Program-made: the position numbers and the translations under genes
Part shown: positions 1-13,940 of the stretch, one piece after another
Numbering within the stretch: the stretch's first letter is position 1
Layout of the letters: each line of letters begins with the position of its first letter
Assembly: GCA_051294375.1 (NCBI GenBank)
Contig: CM119270.1
Coordinates: 19,378,380 to 19,442,379, forward strand
DNA length: 64,000 bases
Reading direction: 5' to 3'
Source of the DNA: Paraspadella gotoi
Lineage: Eukaryota > Animalia > Chaetognatha
The notes under the pieces: model-generated
What the model saw: only the letters and a program-made list of their open reading frames with translations
Database searches by the model: none
What the model was told of the DNA's origin: nothing

Positions 1-231
1 GAGCAGTTTATCATCCGAAGGAAAAAAAAAGCGATAAAAAGAAGATAAAATAGGCTTAACAAAATGCACGCAGACGCAATCGGGCACACGCATGCGCCCA
101 CTGCATGCACAACCTACTAAAAAAATAAAAACGATATATATCAAAGCTTTAGCGAGTCGACAGTGATACAGAATGTTGAATAGAAGTTGATTTTACGGTT
201 CAGGCGCCATAACGAGAACTTCTTCTTTGTA

Positions 232-264
<33 letters not shown>

Positions 265-448
265 TTCTATCTCTCTCTCTCTCTCTCACCACCTGCCTTC
301 GATTTTCCACGACAGTTTTCTATTTGTTTTTTTCTTCCCCAGAGAATAATATTCTTATTTTTTTATTTCTTCATTTTTTGGCGAAATGTTTTACTCAAAA
401 AAAAATTTCAGGGAAAAAGAAATTGTCAATTGGTTTTTCTCGTGGAAG

Positions 449-619
<171 letters not shown>

Positions 620-876
620 ACCTGTTTCTCTCCACGGTCGCAAAAGGGCAACGCAGGTACGAGAAGCGACAGTCTTTTGTTTTTGTTTGGCGACGATTTA
701 TATTCCTCTTTCGTCCGCCAGGATCCGCAGACAACAATCCAACCATTTTTTTAATCCACTGTTTTGCCAATTTTGGTTGAGGGCAATCGTGGTTGAGTTG
801 GCCCACAATTTGGTTTATTTGGATCTCACTTTTTTTTCACGACGAGAACTTAAATTTATGACATCAGACATTCTTT

Positions 877-936
877 TTAAGATATTAAGAGATTAAGATA
901 TTAAGATATTAAGATATTAAGATATTAAGATATTAA
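877..936. repeat. (TTAAGATA)n tandem repeat
   Basis: about 7 copies of an 8-mer abutting the inverted repeat. Confidence 0.9.
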
Positions 937-944
937 AATAATAG

Positions 945-1153
945 TTAGAAAAGTTTGAAATGAATTTTCAACAACGATTTTATTTTTAATAAAAAACGGA
1001 CATGTTTCGGCTTAACTACAAAATTATGTGCATAATTTGTTTCAAATTCACTAACTTTTTTAATGCTGATGAAGGCTTGTAGTTAAGCCGAAACATGTCC
1101 GTTTTTTATTAAAAATAAAATCGTTGTTGAAAATTCATTTCAAACTTTTCTAA
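945..1153. mobile_element. Penelope-like retroelement pLTR remnant with 77-bp perfect inverted repeat
   Basis: arms 945-1021 and 1077-1153 are exact reverse complements and overlap the hammerhead. Confidence 0.65.
1062..1103 (+). ncRNA. minimal type I hammerhead ribozyme motif (Penelope-like element type)
   Basis: stem I AATG/CGTT; core CTGATGA 1066-1072; stem II GGCTT/AAGCC; GAAA; palindromic ACATGT stem III; GTC cleavage triplet ending 1099. Confidence 0.75.
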
Positions 1154-1967
1154 TAATTATTACACAACGAAAAGAAAGGATTATACCACAATAAAATAAT
1201 AGTATATATTTTGTATTTTGGTTTTCACCGCAAATATTTAATTAAAAATGGTTAATTTTAATTATAAAACGACGGTTATATCTTTGGTACTGGTCTCTGT
1301 GAAAGAGTGAGACAGTGAAGTGAACAGACAAAGGGACACAAAGTTAATTAATTCACCTGACATTTTTATGGACGCAACAAATTGAGATCGAATGTGAACC
1401 GTGAAGTGAGCGACGACGTTGAACGTGAAAGAGAAGAAAAAACAAACCTGGTGAGGAGTCTCTCTCTCTCTCTCTCTCTCTCTCATCTTCTCTTTCTTCT
1501 CCTCTCATCCCTCTCATCCCCGCGTCTTCTCATTTACTCTCCTCTCTCTTTCTTCTCATTGTCCTAGCGTCTGGAAACCGTCAACAGGATTACCCGATCA
1601 TCGTCGTTTTTGTCTCCTTCGTTCCTCTCGTCGTCGTCCGTCGTCGTCGTCGTTTGACGCCTATCACATGCGTTCCCCCCTTCCACCCCTGCGTCTTTTC
1701 TTTTCCTCTCCAATTTGTAATTTAAAAAAAAAAAGAACGGTAAATTCCAATGTGTTGCGCCGCAGTGACTCATTTACCCTTTGATCGCATCGTATGACAT
1801 GACATGACATGACTAAAAAACTTTCTTTGCCCGAGTATTTATGACTTGCACTTTTTTAAGTTTTAGGAATTCCTGAGGGCGGCGCTAGAAGTCCCTTAGA
1901 TTTGAGGTATTTTTCTGTCTTAACAAATGAGCAACCAACTATTGGCAAATTATTTGCATTTTTAACG

Positions 1968-2077
1968 AAAGTGGGACAGACCGATGGACAGATTTACCGA
2001 CGGACCGACCAACCAACAGACCGACCGAAAAGTGAGTTATAGAGTTTCTCCGCCAGTACACGCGGCGCAACTAAAAA
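1968..2077 (+). mobile_element. Helentron/HINE-like non-autonomous element end
   Basis: GACC/GACA microsatellite followed by gagttatagagt, a short hairpin (cgcc/ggcg) and actaaaaa. Confidence 0.45.
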
Positions 2078-2361
2078 GAGGGAAAGCGAGAGACAGGGAG
2101 AAATTCGTCTCTGCTGGAGTCTCTTCTGTCTGGAGTCTCTGCTGGAGTCTCTGCTGGTGCTGGGGCGAGTGAAACTGATGCAAACTATGACTAATGGACT
2201 AATGGACTAATGGATTAATTGTTTTGTTCATTATTACATTGATTCATTATTTGGATTGTTTGATTATTTCCTTTGGTCGGCTTAAAATATCTTTTTTTTA
2301 TATTTTACCTTCAGACTAATTTGTACGCTCGACCAATTTGATTGTAAATGCTTCTCTCCTT

Positions 2362-2418
<57 letters not shown>

Positions 2419-2569
2419 CTACGACTATATTTTTTTCTCCTCTCTATTCGACGTCGCAAAGAAATAAAAAAAAAAGGAAAAAGAAAAAAAAGAAGAACAA
2501 AAAGTGAAACGTCCCTTTCCTTTATCGCTACCATTATAACGTCTCATCAAGGGAGATGGCATCCAAGCG

Positions 2570-2662
<93 letters not shown>

Positions 2663-3238
2663 CAACTCTCACGATGTCATCTTCTCCGTTCATCAAGAGA
2701 GATATTGAAAGTCTCAACTGCCCTCGACTTCTTTTGCGAGATATTCGAAATCCGTTTGAACAGTGAGATCCTTTGCGTCGGTGTGAACGGCCTCGCTTGT
2801 GAGAAAACAGTTTTAAAATGGCTTTAGAAAAATAAAAATAGTCTAAGTACTATATAACCCAAATGATTCTGTAAAGTTTATTCACTCTCGATATAAATTT
2901 CTTTAAAACATTTACGCAAAAATACATGAAAACCTTTTTTCGTTTAATAAAGATTCTGATGAAATAAATAAAGAATTATTCAGATTCACTCCATTAGTGA
3001 AAATATATTTTTTAACAGGACATGATGGACTTCCTATCAATGAAAATGTATAGCATTTTGTTAACAGTTTCAAAAACAATATAACAGTTTTATTTGAATA
3101 TCAAGTCCCCTCCTTGATGTATTGGACTGCGAATTACTACTGTATTCCGCACCAGATTTAAAATCATTTACATTTCCAGTCCTGATATATCACTTTATCG
3201 ACTCTACCATTTCCAGTAATCCTAAAACGACGATGATA

Positions 3239-3269
<31 letters not shown>

Positions 3270-3484
3270 TGACAGAGACAGAGACAATAAAAAAATCCCA
3301 GCTTCTATTCTACTCACACGTAAATCTTGTTTTATTTGACAAACGTCTGACATGACGATTCATGTTTTGAGTCGAGAAAAGTTCACAACTGTGAAGTCGA
3401 CATTTCACTACGAGAAGAGAGACAAAGAGAATGAATATAATTGCTCACGAGATGAATCATATTCATTGTCACGTCAATTCATTT

Positions 3485-3617
<133 letters not shown>

Positions 3618-3883
3618 CTTTCTAACATTTCTTTCTCGTCTTTTCTTCTCTTTCTTATTTCCTCTTGCTCCTCTCTCCCATCTCATCCTGCACAGTAATC
3701 CCCTATCTTTTTTTGCCCCCACAGTGTGCCATATCGATTTCAACTCCCACGGTTTTGCTGAAGTGACAAAAACGTCAACTTTCCGGAAATAAAAATTCTT
3801 CATAAGACGTTTTTCTCAAAAGAATTTGCAAATTTGGCCAAAATATAAAAAAAATCTCGCTTTCTCACTATTTCTCTCTCTTT

Positions 3884-3936
<53 letters not shown>

Positions 3937-4014
3937 ATCTCTCTCTCTCTCTCTTTCATTCATTGTCGATTTCTCTCTCTCCCTCTCTTTTCTTCTTCTC
4001 TTTTTTTCTGTCTA

Positions 4015-4142
<128 letters not shown>

Positions 4143-5028
4143 TTCCCTCACTTTTAAAGCCTTCATATTTTTCTTTGAAGCAGTAAAAAGATATGGAAGC
4201 CGGAAAAACTCGGAGAATCTTATTTTCTTTTTTCTTTTTTCTTTTTTTTTTATTGTTTCTTTGATGAGCGAACGAAGAGGAAAGGGAGAGAAGATAAGGG
4301 AGAAGAAAGGGAAGTAGTTTAAGATAAAAAAGAAAAGAACAGAAAAGAAAAGAAAAGAATAGAAAAGAAAAGAAAGTAAAAGAAAAGAAAAAAAAGAAAA
4401 GAGAGAAAAGAAAAGAGAGAAAAGAAAAGAAGAGGAAAGGGAGAGAAGATACAGGAGAATAAAGGGAAGGAGTTTAGGATAGGAAAAGAAAAGAAAAGAA
4501 AAGAAAAGAAAAGAAAAGAAAAGAAAAGAAAAGAAAAGAAAAGAAAAGAAAAGAAATGAAAAGATTAAAAAGAAAAAAAATAGAAATATAAAAAATAGAA
4601 ATAGAAATATATTCTTTTAACAGAAAATAAAAATAATAATAAAAATCCTCTAATATATATTTAGAAATAAGAGAACAATAAAGGGTCATTAAGTCTTTAC
4701 ATTACATCAAATTATATTATTTTACTTTTTGTCAATTTCTCGACGGATCATAATATTGAGTAAAGAAAAAAATAAAAAGAAAACAGAAAAAAGAAACAGA
4801 GGAAGATGGAAGGAAAAACAGAAACAGTGTCAAAAAAGAAGAAGGAAAGAAACGAAGGAACCGAAAGAAACTGAAAAAGAGAAAACAGAGGAAAGGGGGG
4901 AGAGTAGGAGGGCGGACCAAACTCCGTCCCGGGGAACAATAGACACTTTTGTTTTGCGCATAAAGTAATTAATCAACTCGAGCGAGAATTTTTCTTTCTC
5001 TCCAAGAGACGGAAATTTCTTTCCTGCT

Positions 5029-5059
<31 letters not shown>

Positions 5060-5102
5060 CGACAACAACAATAACAAGGACGACGACATCAATGACGCGC
5101 AA

Positions 5103-5142
<40 letters not shown>

Positions 5143-5214
5143 AACGCGCTACGAGGCAGCAAAAGTCTTTTTTTTTCAAATGAGACGTTAATTGATTAAT
5201 AATGCAAAAATCGG

Positions 5215-5319
<105 letters not shown>

Positions 5320-5859
5320 TTTCAAGTCACCTTCAGCTTTATCTGAATCATAATGAATATTAGTGAATGAATGAATGAATGGATAAATGAATAAAGGAAT
5401 GAATGAATGATTGAATGTATTAGCAAAGGAGCACATTTGACTAACATCATGATAAAAAATAAACTCAAAATTTAGCCTTGAAAAAAAACCTCGATAGTTT
5501 TGAATTGTTTTGGCAAAATGATTTTATTTTGAAAATAAAAATACGGAAATGTTTCACAACAACATTATAGCCTTGACTTAAGAGAAAAAAAAACAAACAA
5601 TAAAATTTAAATGACCAAAGAAGGGAAAAAAAACGATTTAAAAGAAAAAAAATCGTCTCCTGGAAATAAATGTATACAAATGAGTTTCGGCGGGAGAAAG
5701 AGAATTGTCCAATTGCAGTCATTTCCTAGAAATAGACGGGGAGAAAGAATGAGCGGGGGGAAGGGAGAAAAGGAGAAAAAAAGAAAAAAACCTGGAAAAG
5801 GAAAAAAGGAAATATGGAGTCGAGGAAGGAGAATAAAAAGAGGGAAAGAAAAGAAAATA

Positions 5860-6398
5860 NNNNNNNNNNNNNNNNNNNNNNNNNNNNNNNNNNNNNNNNN
5901 NNNNNNNNNNNNNNNNNNNNNNNNNNNNNNNNNNNNNNNNNNNNNNNNNNNNNNNNNNNNNNNNNNNNNNNNNNNNNNNNNNNNNNNNNNNNNNNNNNNN
6001 NNNNNNNNNNNNNNNNNNNNNNNNNNNNNNNNNNNNNNNNNNNNNNNNNNNNNNNNNNNNNNNNNNNNNNNNNNNNNNNNNNNNNNNNNNNNNNNNNNNN
6101 NNNNNNNNNNNNNNNNNNNNNNNNNNNNNNNNNNNNNNNNNNNNNNNNNNNNNNNNNNNNNNNNNNNNNNNNNNNNNNNNNNNNNNNNNNNNNNNNNNNN
6201 NNNNNNNNNNNNNNNNNNNNNNNNNNNNNNNNNNNNNNNNNNNNNNNNNNNNNNNNNNNNNNNNNNNNNNNNNNNNNNNNNNNNNNNNNNNNNNNNNNNN
6301 NNNNNNNNNNNNNNNNNNNNNNNNNNNNNNNNNNNNNNNNNNNNNNNNNNNNNNNNNNNNNNNNNNNNNNNNNNNNNNNNNNNNNNNNNNNNNNNNNN
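5860..6398. other. assembly gap (others: 6716-6740, 11337-11346, 11542-11697, 26034-26043, 50241-50265, 61304-62227, 62659-62876, 63203-63367)
   Basis: runs of N, mostly flanked by microsatellites. Confidence 0.99.
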
Positions 6399-7851
6399 CT
6401 CTCTCTCTCTCTCTCTCTCATGGGTGATCGATGGTTCTGTTACTATGACGACCCTGGATGCCGATGAAGGCGTCGACCTTCGCTTGACATCTCATTTCCT
6501 TTCGTCTCTTCGTTCGTCGAGTTTATTGATCTCTTTTCTTTTTTCCTTTCCTTTTCCTTTCTTTTCTTTCCTTTTTTTTTCTTTCCGCCTTAATTTTTTC
6601 CTTCTTTCCTTGCTTTATACCTTCCATCCTTCCTTCCTTCCTCCTTTTTTCCTTCCTTCCTTCCTTCTTTCATTTCTTCCTTCTTTCCTTCCTTCCTTCT
6701 TTCCTTCCTTCCTTCNNNNNNNNNNNNNNNNNNNNNNNNNAGGAAGGAAGGAAGGAGGAAGTGAAGGAACGGAAGGAAGGAAGGAAGGAAGGAAAGGAAG
6801 GAAGGAAGGATGGAAGGGAGGAAGGAAAGAAAAGAAGGAAAGGTAAAGAAGGAAGGGAAGAAAGAAGGAAAGAAGGAAGGAAGGAAAGGAAGTAGAAGGA
6901 AGGAAGGAAGGAAGGAAAGAGGAAGGAAGGAAGGAAGGATGGAGGGATGGAAGGATGGAAGGAATAAAGCAAGGAAAGGAAAGGAAAGAGGAAGGAAGGA
7001 AGGAAGAAGGAAGGAAGGAAGAGAAGGAAGGAGGAAGAAGGAAGGAAAAGAGGAAGGAAGGAAGGAAGGATGGAGGGATGGAAGGATGAAGGAAATAAAG
7101 CAAGGAGGAAAGGAAAGAGGAAGGGAAGGAAGGAAGGAAAGGAAACGGAAGGAAGGAAAAGGAAGGAGGAAGGAAAAGAAGGCAGAAATGAAAGAAAGGA
7201 AGGAAGAGGAAAAAAGGAGGAAGGAATGGAAGGATGGAAGATGCTCTTCCTTCCTTCCTTCCTTACTTCCTTCCTTACTTCTCTCTTTCTCTCTCTTTCT
7301 CTCCCTTTTTATCTTTTCTTCCTTTCTCTCTTCTCTTTATTATTTTCTTCTTTCTCCAGTTTTATCCTTTATACCACGATTAACTTTTAAAGCGCCGCCT
7401 TACAATGACTCGAATTAAATGAGAAGAATTTCATTGCATCATATTGTTGGTTATTTGTAAGTCTTTCAGGCGCTCAATATTTGTCTAATGAATCTCCTTT
7501 TTTCTGATATCCTCTTGTAACTGTCCATCTCTAACATGCCTTTAGTAGAATGGCAAAAGAACAACAACAACAATAACAACGACAACGACGACGACGTCCA
7601 CCACATCAGGGATCAGCGGGAGAACCATTTGCGTTGAATGGCGGAGAAAAAAAAAGATAAAAAAGGAATAAGAAAGGAAAAAAAAAGGAAAATGACCCCC
7701 AGAAAAAAATGATTCCCCAAAAGATGATATGAATTCTTCCCCGCGACCCGAAGCTTCATCCCCCCCTTTTTTTTGGGGGGGGAGAGGCGGAGAAAAGAAA
7801 AGAGGCGGAATGACCCGGAGGGAACAGGCGCTCTTGTTTACGGCCATGATA

Positions 7852-7916
<65 letters not shown>

Positions 7917-8900
7917 AAAACTGTGAAATTAACATGCTTCGGTGGGTACTCTAACAATTCTACAATGGTTATGGAGAGTGTTTTTAGTAATTACTTTTTT
8001 CTTGTATGTACAATGTCAATACATTTTCGTTGACAATGTCAGACTCTTAACAGACGTTGAGACAATCAATGTCACGTCGACTTTCTTGAAATTCTAGACG
8101 TGAAAAACTTTGAACATGAGAAGATATTTTAAATTTGTTGTATTTTATATTAAAAACCGAATAAAATACAACAAATTTACAATACACAAACTACCAGAAT
8201 CATGCCTCTCAAAAATTGGATTAAGAGAAGATATTATATCAAGAAAAAAACATTAAAATTACTGGAAACTTATTTTGCTCAAAGGGACATAAATATTTTG
8301 GCTAAAGCAAATTTTCTTTTGCTCTTTTTTCTGTGTTGATACTTCTCTCGTCTTATTTTGTTTCTTCTTTTTGTTTTTATAACAACTTTATTACTATTTG
8401 TAACTTTTTGACGTCCCTTGTTCTTCCCAAGACTTAGTTTCACCTTCCTTGTTGTATGACTTTGTTCTAACTCCATGTTCTGAATCTGACTTTGTTCCAA
8501 CTCCCTTGTTAAATCACTTTGTTCTTACTTTCACATTCCTCTCACTTTGTTCCTCTCCCTTCCCTCAATTCACAGTCGCCAATTCTTTCCGCCGGAAAAT
8601 TCTTCACCTTCGTTTTTTCCCTTTCCTTCCTTTTTCACGCTCATCGAATATCATAGAGATTCTCTCACGTGAATTTCTCTCTCTCTCTCACGTTAGATTT
8701 TGAATCACGTGACTTTTCGATTCCACGACGCGATCAGCAGCTGCGACTCGCTTCCGGTCGATAGATCGAAAATAGCGAGACGCTTCAACGAACTTCACAC
8801 TTTCGTGGGCGAAAGAGTTCGTTGGAATTTTCTTCTTAGTTTATGCTTCGGTGAATCTTGATTTTTTTTTTTGTTCCCTCGGAACTTCACCAGGCGCTTT

Positions 8901-9090
8901 ATGGTATAACCAATATAAAAAATTATCCATTCCTTTAATTAATCAGCTATCTTTCTCACGTGTCTGGACATGCTTTGCTTGTTTGAGGACTCTATCACTC
9001 TTACTAGATGACAACTTAACATGATTATGACAGCTTTCATTCCCAAACTCTCTCACAGTCTAATTCATTCACTCCAAACCTATCTGGCTT
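8901..9090 (+). repeat. diverged dispersed repeat (also ~43025-43200)
   Basis: shared aaccaatataaaa.ttatccattc.tttaat...gctatctt...ggaca.gctttg...tctatcact...actctctcacagtct. Confidence 0.65.
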
Positions 9091-9261
9091 CCCTATCAAT
9101 GAAATGGTATAATATTTCAAAAAAATGTTTAAATTCTTTAAAAGGATATAATGTATGTATTATAATAATTATATGTACCCACCGATAGTAAGGTCTAGGG
9201 TCTGTGGATAAGGCGCTACGTGGGCTGAAGATGACTGTCCGTAACTTCTATAACCCCCTCT

Positions 9262-9440
9262 AGCAGCCATGGAACGGGTCCCTGGGCTTGGAACCAGGCT
9301 TGAGGGTTTGCCATGCCCCCAAGGCGACTTACGGCCGTCCTCACGCTTCCCGCAGGGTAGGTACCGGATTGGGATTGAACCCGGTACCGAGTGGTCATGG
9401 CTTTACTCAATGAGCCACCGGGTCACAACTGAAAGTGTCA
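9262..9440 (-). mobile_element. tRNA-derived SINE, copy 1
   Basis: A-box-like GGTGGCTCATTGAGTAAAGC, B-box-like GGGTTCAATCCC; colinear similarity to 33912-34095. Confidence 0.7.
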
Positions 9441-10279
9441 TGATTTTAGTCGGGGTGAACCTAGGCAATGCCCGACTACAGGTCTAGACTCACTTGTAAA
9501 TTAGAACCCAATGTTAAGTCCTTCAAAATCTATCGAAGCTAATAAAGGAAAGTAAGGTCACGCAACCCACCCGGCTCCTATTGATGCCCTCACTCTACCG
9601 CGTGGCATCCAAAGCCTCACCTTTCATTCCGACCTTCCCCACTATTTACTTCACCCTGCCTTACCCGCCCTCGTCTCCTCGGGCGCCAACGCGTCGCCGC
9701 ATGAATTTTCCATGAAGTTGACTTTTAGCTGCGGAACCAAGGAGAAAGAGTTTGGCCGGAGGGCGCAAGGAATGCCATGTGCGCTCTCCCAGGGGGAAGA
9801 ATGCCATGTGCTTGTTCTTCGAATGCCTGGCGGGGATTGCCATGTATGCCATGTGTTTTTTTATTTAAATGAACTTTCCTGTTAAATGCCTTGTCAAGAA
9901 TGACCTGCTCGCGTTGTTAAATAAATCAATTAAATGAAAGTAAATTAAAAATCAAATTAATGAGAATGTCATGCTCTTTTTCTACTCAAGGAGTTCTAGT
10001 CGGGCCTCTATATTAAAGAATGCCATTTTTGCAAACTATCTAGTTGACATTGCCTTTTGAAATTTGAGCGCAGAAAATGCCATCCGCGTCTCTCGATTCC
10101 TACAATGCCATCAGCGCCGTGGCGACAGAAACAAAAGTCGCTGAGGTGAAAACGCGAGAAAAAAGAGTCGCTCGGATCGTTTCACCAAAAAGGCCTTCAT
10201 TAGTTACTCCTTTATGGCCTTTTTCACCGGTTTTAAGGGCGTTTTGATCTCATTGCCGACCGCGTCTCTCTCTCTCTCT

Positions 10280-10356
<77 letters not shown>

Positions 10357-10449
10357 CTCTCTCTCTCGTCTCTCTTTCTTCCTGTCCTCGCTTACCCTCC
10401 TTAGGTTTACGCACCACTCAGCCAAAATTTTTATTCCTCCTTTCTATAC

Positions 10450-10487
<38 letters not shown>

Positions 10488-10977
10488 TGAGGTGAACAAA
10501 GATGAGGAAAACGAAGTTTAATGAATTTCATTGATAATCAAAATGATTTCTGAACAGAAATACGTATTTGTCCTTTATTTTAACAAAGTATACATTAACT
10601 AAGTAATTTTAATATGATAAACGCTTATAAACTATATTTCTTGGTGATAAATTTAAGTAAAAATACAAATACGCCAGCAATCTGATCGAAAACTGACTCA
10701 TTACACTGATTTCGATTCCAGATGAGACTAAGGGAAGGAAAATAAAAAGAAAAACAAAATAAAAAATAACGACAAAAAAGAGAGGAAAGAAAGAAAAAAA
10801 GAAAGAAAAAGAAAATTAAAAAAGGAAGAAAAAGGGTTTTTGCATTTCTGTGGATTTCGTCGCATTACCCGTTGGCGGAGGCGGCGGTGGCGGCAGCGGA
10901 AACGGCGGCGGCAGCGGCGGCGGCCGCTTTCAAATCCCGCAATTTATGGGTCCTTCTTGGCTCCTCAAATCTCCTTT

Positions 10978-11059
<82 letters not shown>

Positions 11060-11697
11060 AAAAAGAAAGAAAAATAGCGAAACTGCGATCCGAGGAATAG
11101 GCATTGCTTCTGTGGAAACAAAAACTCCCGACGGAAACAAATTCACATGAATAGAACAAAAAATGCCATCATGAAGAACAAATTCCGTCGAGAAGAACAA
11201 CAAAAGAAAACAAAACCACCTGAGGCGCCGCCATCTTTTTTTCGGAGGGCGGTGGAGGGGGGGGGCGAGCTGTCGTGTGTTTTTCAATTTTCAAAACGAA
11301 AAAATAATATCGATTTTTTTTCGTTCACAATTTTTTNNNNNNNNNNAATAAAAAACGTCGATGGCTGCGGCGAGAATAAAAAGCCGGAGAAAAAAAAAGG
11401 AAAGGAAAAAAGAAAAGAAAAGAAAAAAGAAAAGAAAAGAAAAGAAAAGAAAAGAAAGGAACAAAGATCCTGTTTCAAGGAGAAATCGAAAGCTAACCGG
11501 AAAAATTTGTTTTCACTACAACCAGAGAGAGAGAGAGAGAGNNNNNNNNNNNNNNNNNNNNNNNNNNNNNNNNNNNNNNNNNNNNNNNNNNNNNNNNNNN
11601 NNNNNNNNNNNNNNNNNNNNNNNNNNNNNNNNNNNNNNNNNNNNNNNNNNNNNNNNNNNNNNNNNNNNNNNNNNNNNNNNNNNNNNNNNNNNNNNNN

Positions 11698-11728
<31 letters not shown>

Positions 11729-12339
11729 AGGGGAATCTGTGAAAAATCACGGCTGAGGATTCACAAAGCGTGAATTTACTGGGATCAGTCGGTTTTTTTT
11801 TCACTGACAAAATCTTGCTTCAGTACAGATGCGAGAGAACTTGATTTTCATAATCCAATAAAACATCAATCAGTCATTCAATTAATCACTCAATAAGTCA
11901 TTCCATAATGCAATTAATAAATTAGTCAATCAACCGATAATTTAATTAATCCATTATGCAATCATTAAAAAAATCAAATCAATCATAAACCAATTAAATC
12001 AATCAATCAAATCAATCAATCAATCATTCAATCATTTTCTACTTCACTCTCTGTTCCTCACACCCACTGTTTTCTATTATTCCCCCCGAGACCTTCTTCT
12101 CCCCAAACGCCCTCCATCTTCGAATATTCCCCGGAGACACGCCCCTCCCCCTCTATCCCCCTCCGGAGGGGAAGGGGGGGGATCGGGGGGGTGCGTTCCC
12201 GGACGCCTTAACAAGTGGGTCAACCGGGTTTCGTCGAGAGATTCGGTGAAGATAAAAGTCTGGAGGTTTCCTGGAAACACGCCCGGGGAGAGAGAAGGGG
12301 AAGGGAGGAAAGGGGAAAGGTGAAGAGAGGAAAGGAATG

Positions 12340-12835
12340 GAACCCATTTTTGATAGTAGAGAAGGAAGGAGAGGAGGAGGATAAAGGAGGAAGAAGAAGA
12401 AGAGGAGGAGGAGGAAGAGCAGGAAGAAAAAGGAAAGAAATAGTGGAGATCCCTGATAGAGAAAGAGGAAGGGAAGGAGGGGGAAGAAGAAAAGGGGGAA
12501 AAAAAGGTGGAGATTCTTGATAAAGGACGAGGAAGAGGAGGAAGAGATAAAAGAAAAGGAGGAAAGAAAAAGGAGGAAGGAAAGAGGAAAGAAATAGTGG
12601 AGATTCCTGATAGAGGAGGAGGAGGGGGAGAAGGAGGAAGTAGAGGAATAAGAGTGGGAGAAAAGAAAGAGAAAAGAAAGTGATGGAGATTCTTGATATT
12701 TGAGGAAGAAGAGGAGGAAGAAGAGGAGTAGGAGGAGGGAATGAGGAAATAAAAAGAAAAAGAGTGATGGAGATTCTTGATATAGGAGGAAGAAGAGGAG
12801 GAAAGAAAGAGAAAAGAAAGTGATGGAGTTTCTCT
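12340..12835. repeat. purine-rich minisatellite with core tggagattcttgata
   Basis: about 6 cores separated by variable GA-rich spacers. Confidence 0.8.
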
Positions 12836-13314
12836 TGGGAATTCAATGTCCTTCCGTTGGAAAAGCGAGGATTCCACCAAGCAAATAAAGTTCGTTTGCT
12901 TCTCGGGTTGTTTGTCTGACAATCTACTTGTTTGTCTGATAATCTGCTTGTTTGGACTTGCGGTTGGTCTGACAATCAATTTGTTTGTCGATTTATTTTC
13001 TTTCGTTGTTTGTCATGCGAGCTAGAACTTATTTTCCGAATGAAACTGCGGCTGTTGAGCTCAATGTGTTGCTTCCTCTGGAGCGTGCCTGGACCTCTCT
13101 TTTGTTTTACGGTTTCATGATAATTTGACATCTTACAAACCTTTATCTCAAAGATATATACAATGAAAAATAATGTTCTTCAGAAACTTATTCCGTTTTT
13201 AACAACATAAAAAAAATTTTAATTGTTTTCATTTTAATTAATTAATTTTATTTAATTAACTGTTTTTTTTTCTCTATATTTTATTATGTTTTTTGTTTGC
13301 TCAGACTTAGTCTA

Positions 13315-13379
13315 TGTTTGTTTGTTGATGACGATTGTACTGAATCAACCTTGTTGTATTCGAATAAAATCGCATATAT
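13315..13379 (+). repeat. 65-bp dispersed repeat (also ~42440-42503)
   Basis: tgtttgtttgttgatga.gat.gtactgaatcaacct.gttgtattcgaataaaatcgcatatat near-identical at both sites. Confidence 0.8.
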
Positions 13380-13940
13380 AATTATGTTTAGGCAATCTGA
13401 TCCTACTAAAAATTGTCGTAAAAAAAAACAAAGCCATCAATTAATCGCTAGTCAAAGAATATTTTTAGCATCTAAAACCCCAAACATGCAAAGCTTTTAT
13501 CCCTTATGTTTCTATTAATACCCATAGACAGTTTTTAAAAACGCCCCTAAATTTTTCTCCCCCATTTTTCAATACGTAGTATAAATATTTCCTCAGGTTT
13601 TTTATCGGGCTTAGGAAGACCCGTTTCTTTCCCCCCTATTTCATCGGTGTTTCTCTCTAACCCCCGGATGCAATGATAATTATATATATAATATTTTTCT
13701 TTTACATCCCTATCGGGTAGTTAAAGAGCCCACTTCCCCATTTCGTCGCATGGCTTAAGTCTAAAACTTTCGCTTATTCTGTCCCCCCCCCGATTTCCGT
13801 TTTTTTCTTCTTTTTCGCTGTCCCGATCTTTCTGTCTCCCTACGATCCAACTGTCCTACTTTCCTCGCTATCATTTTCTTTCTCCCCCGAACTTTCCTGC
13901 TTTTTCGTTCTCTCTCTCTCTTTTTTTTAAACGTCAACAG

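Noticed and set aside
2957-2990. Other CTGATGA occurrences (also ~22291, ~36074)
   Set aside because: No stem II plus GAAA geometry; not hammerheads.
9280-9300. Twister-ribozyme-like P4/L4 (minus strand CCTGGTTCCAAGCCCAGG) in the SINE
   Set aside because: Could not find the UAA/P1/P2 elements, and the loop is not conserved in the second SINE copy.
9360-9431. Possible tRNA gene
   Set aside because: A/B-box-like motifs only; no cloverleaf, and it continues into a shared repeat body.
12340-12835. CRISPR-like repeat-spacer pattern
   Set aside because: Cores are short and degenerate, spacers are low-complexity and mutually similar, there are no cas genes and the context is eukaryotic; a minisatellite.
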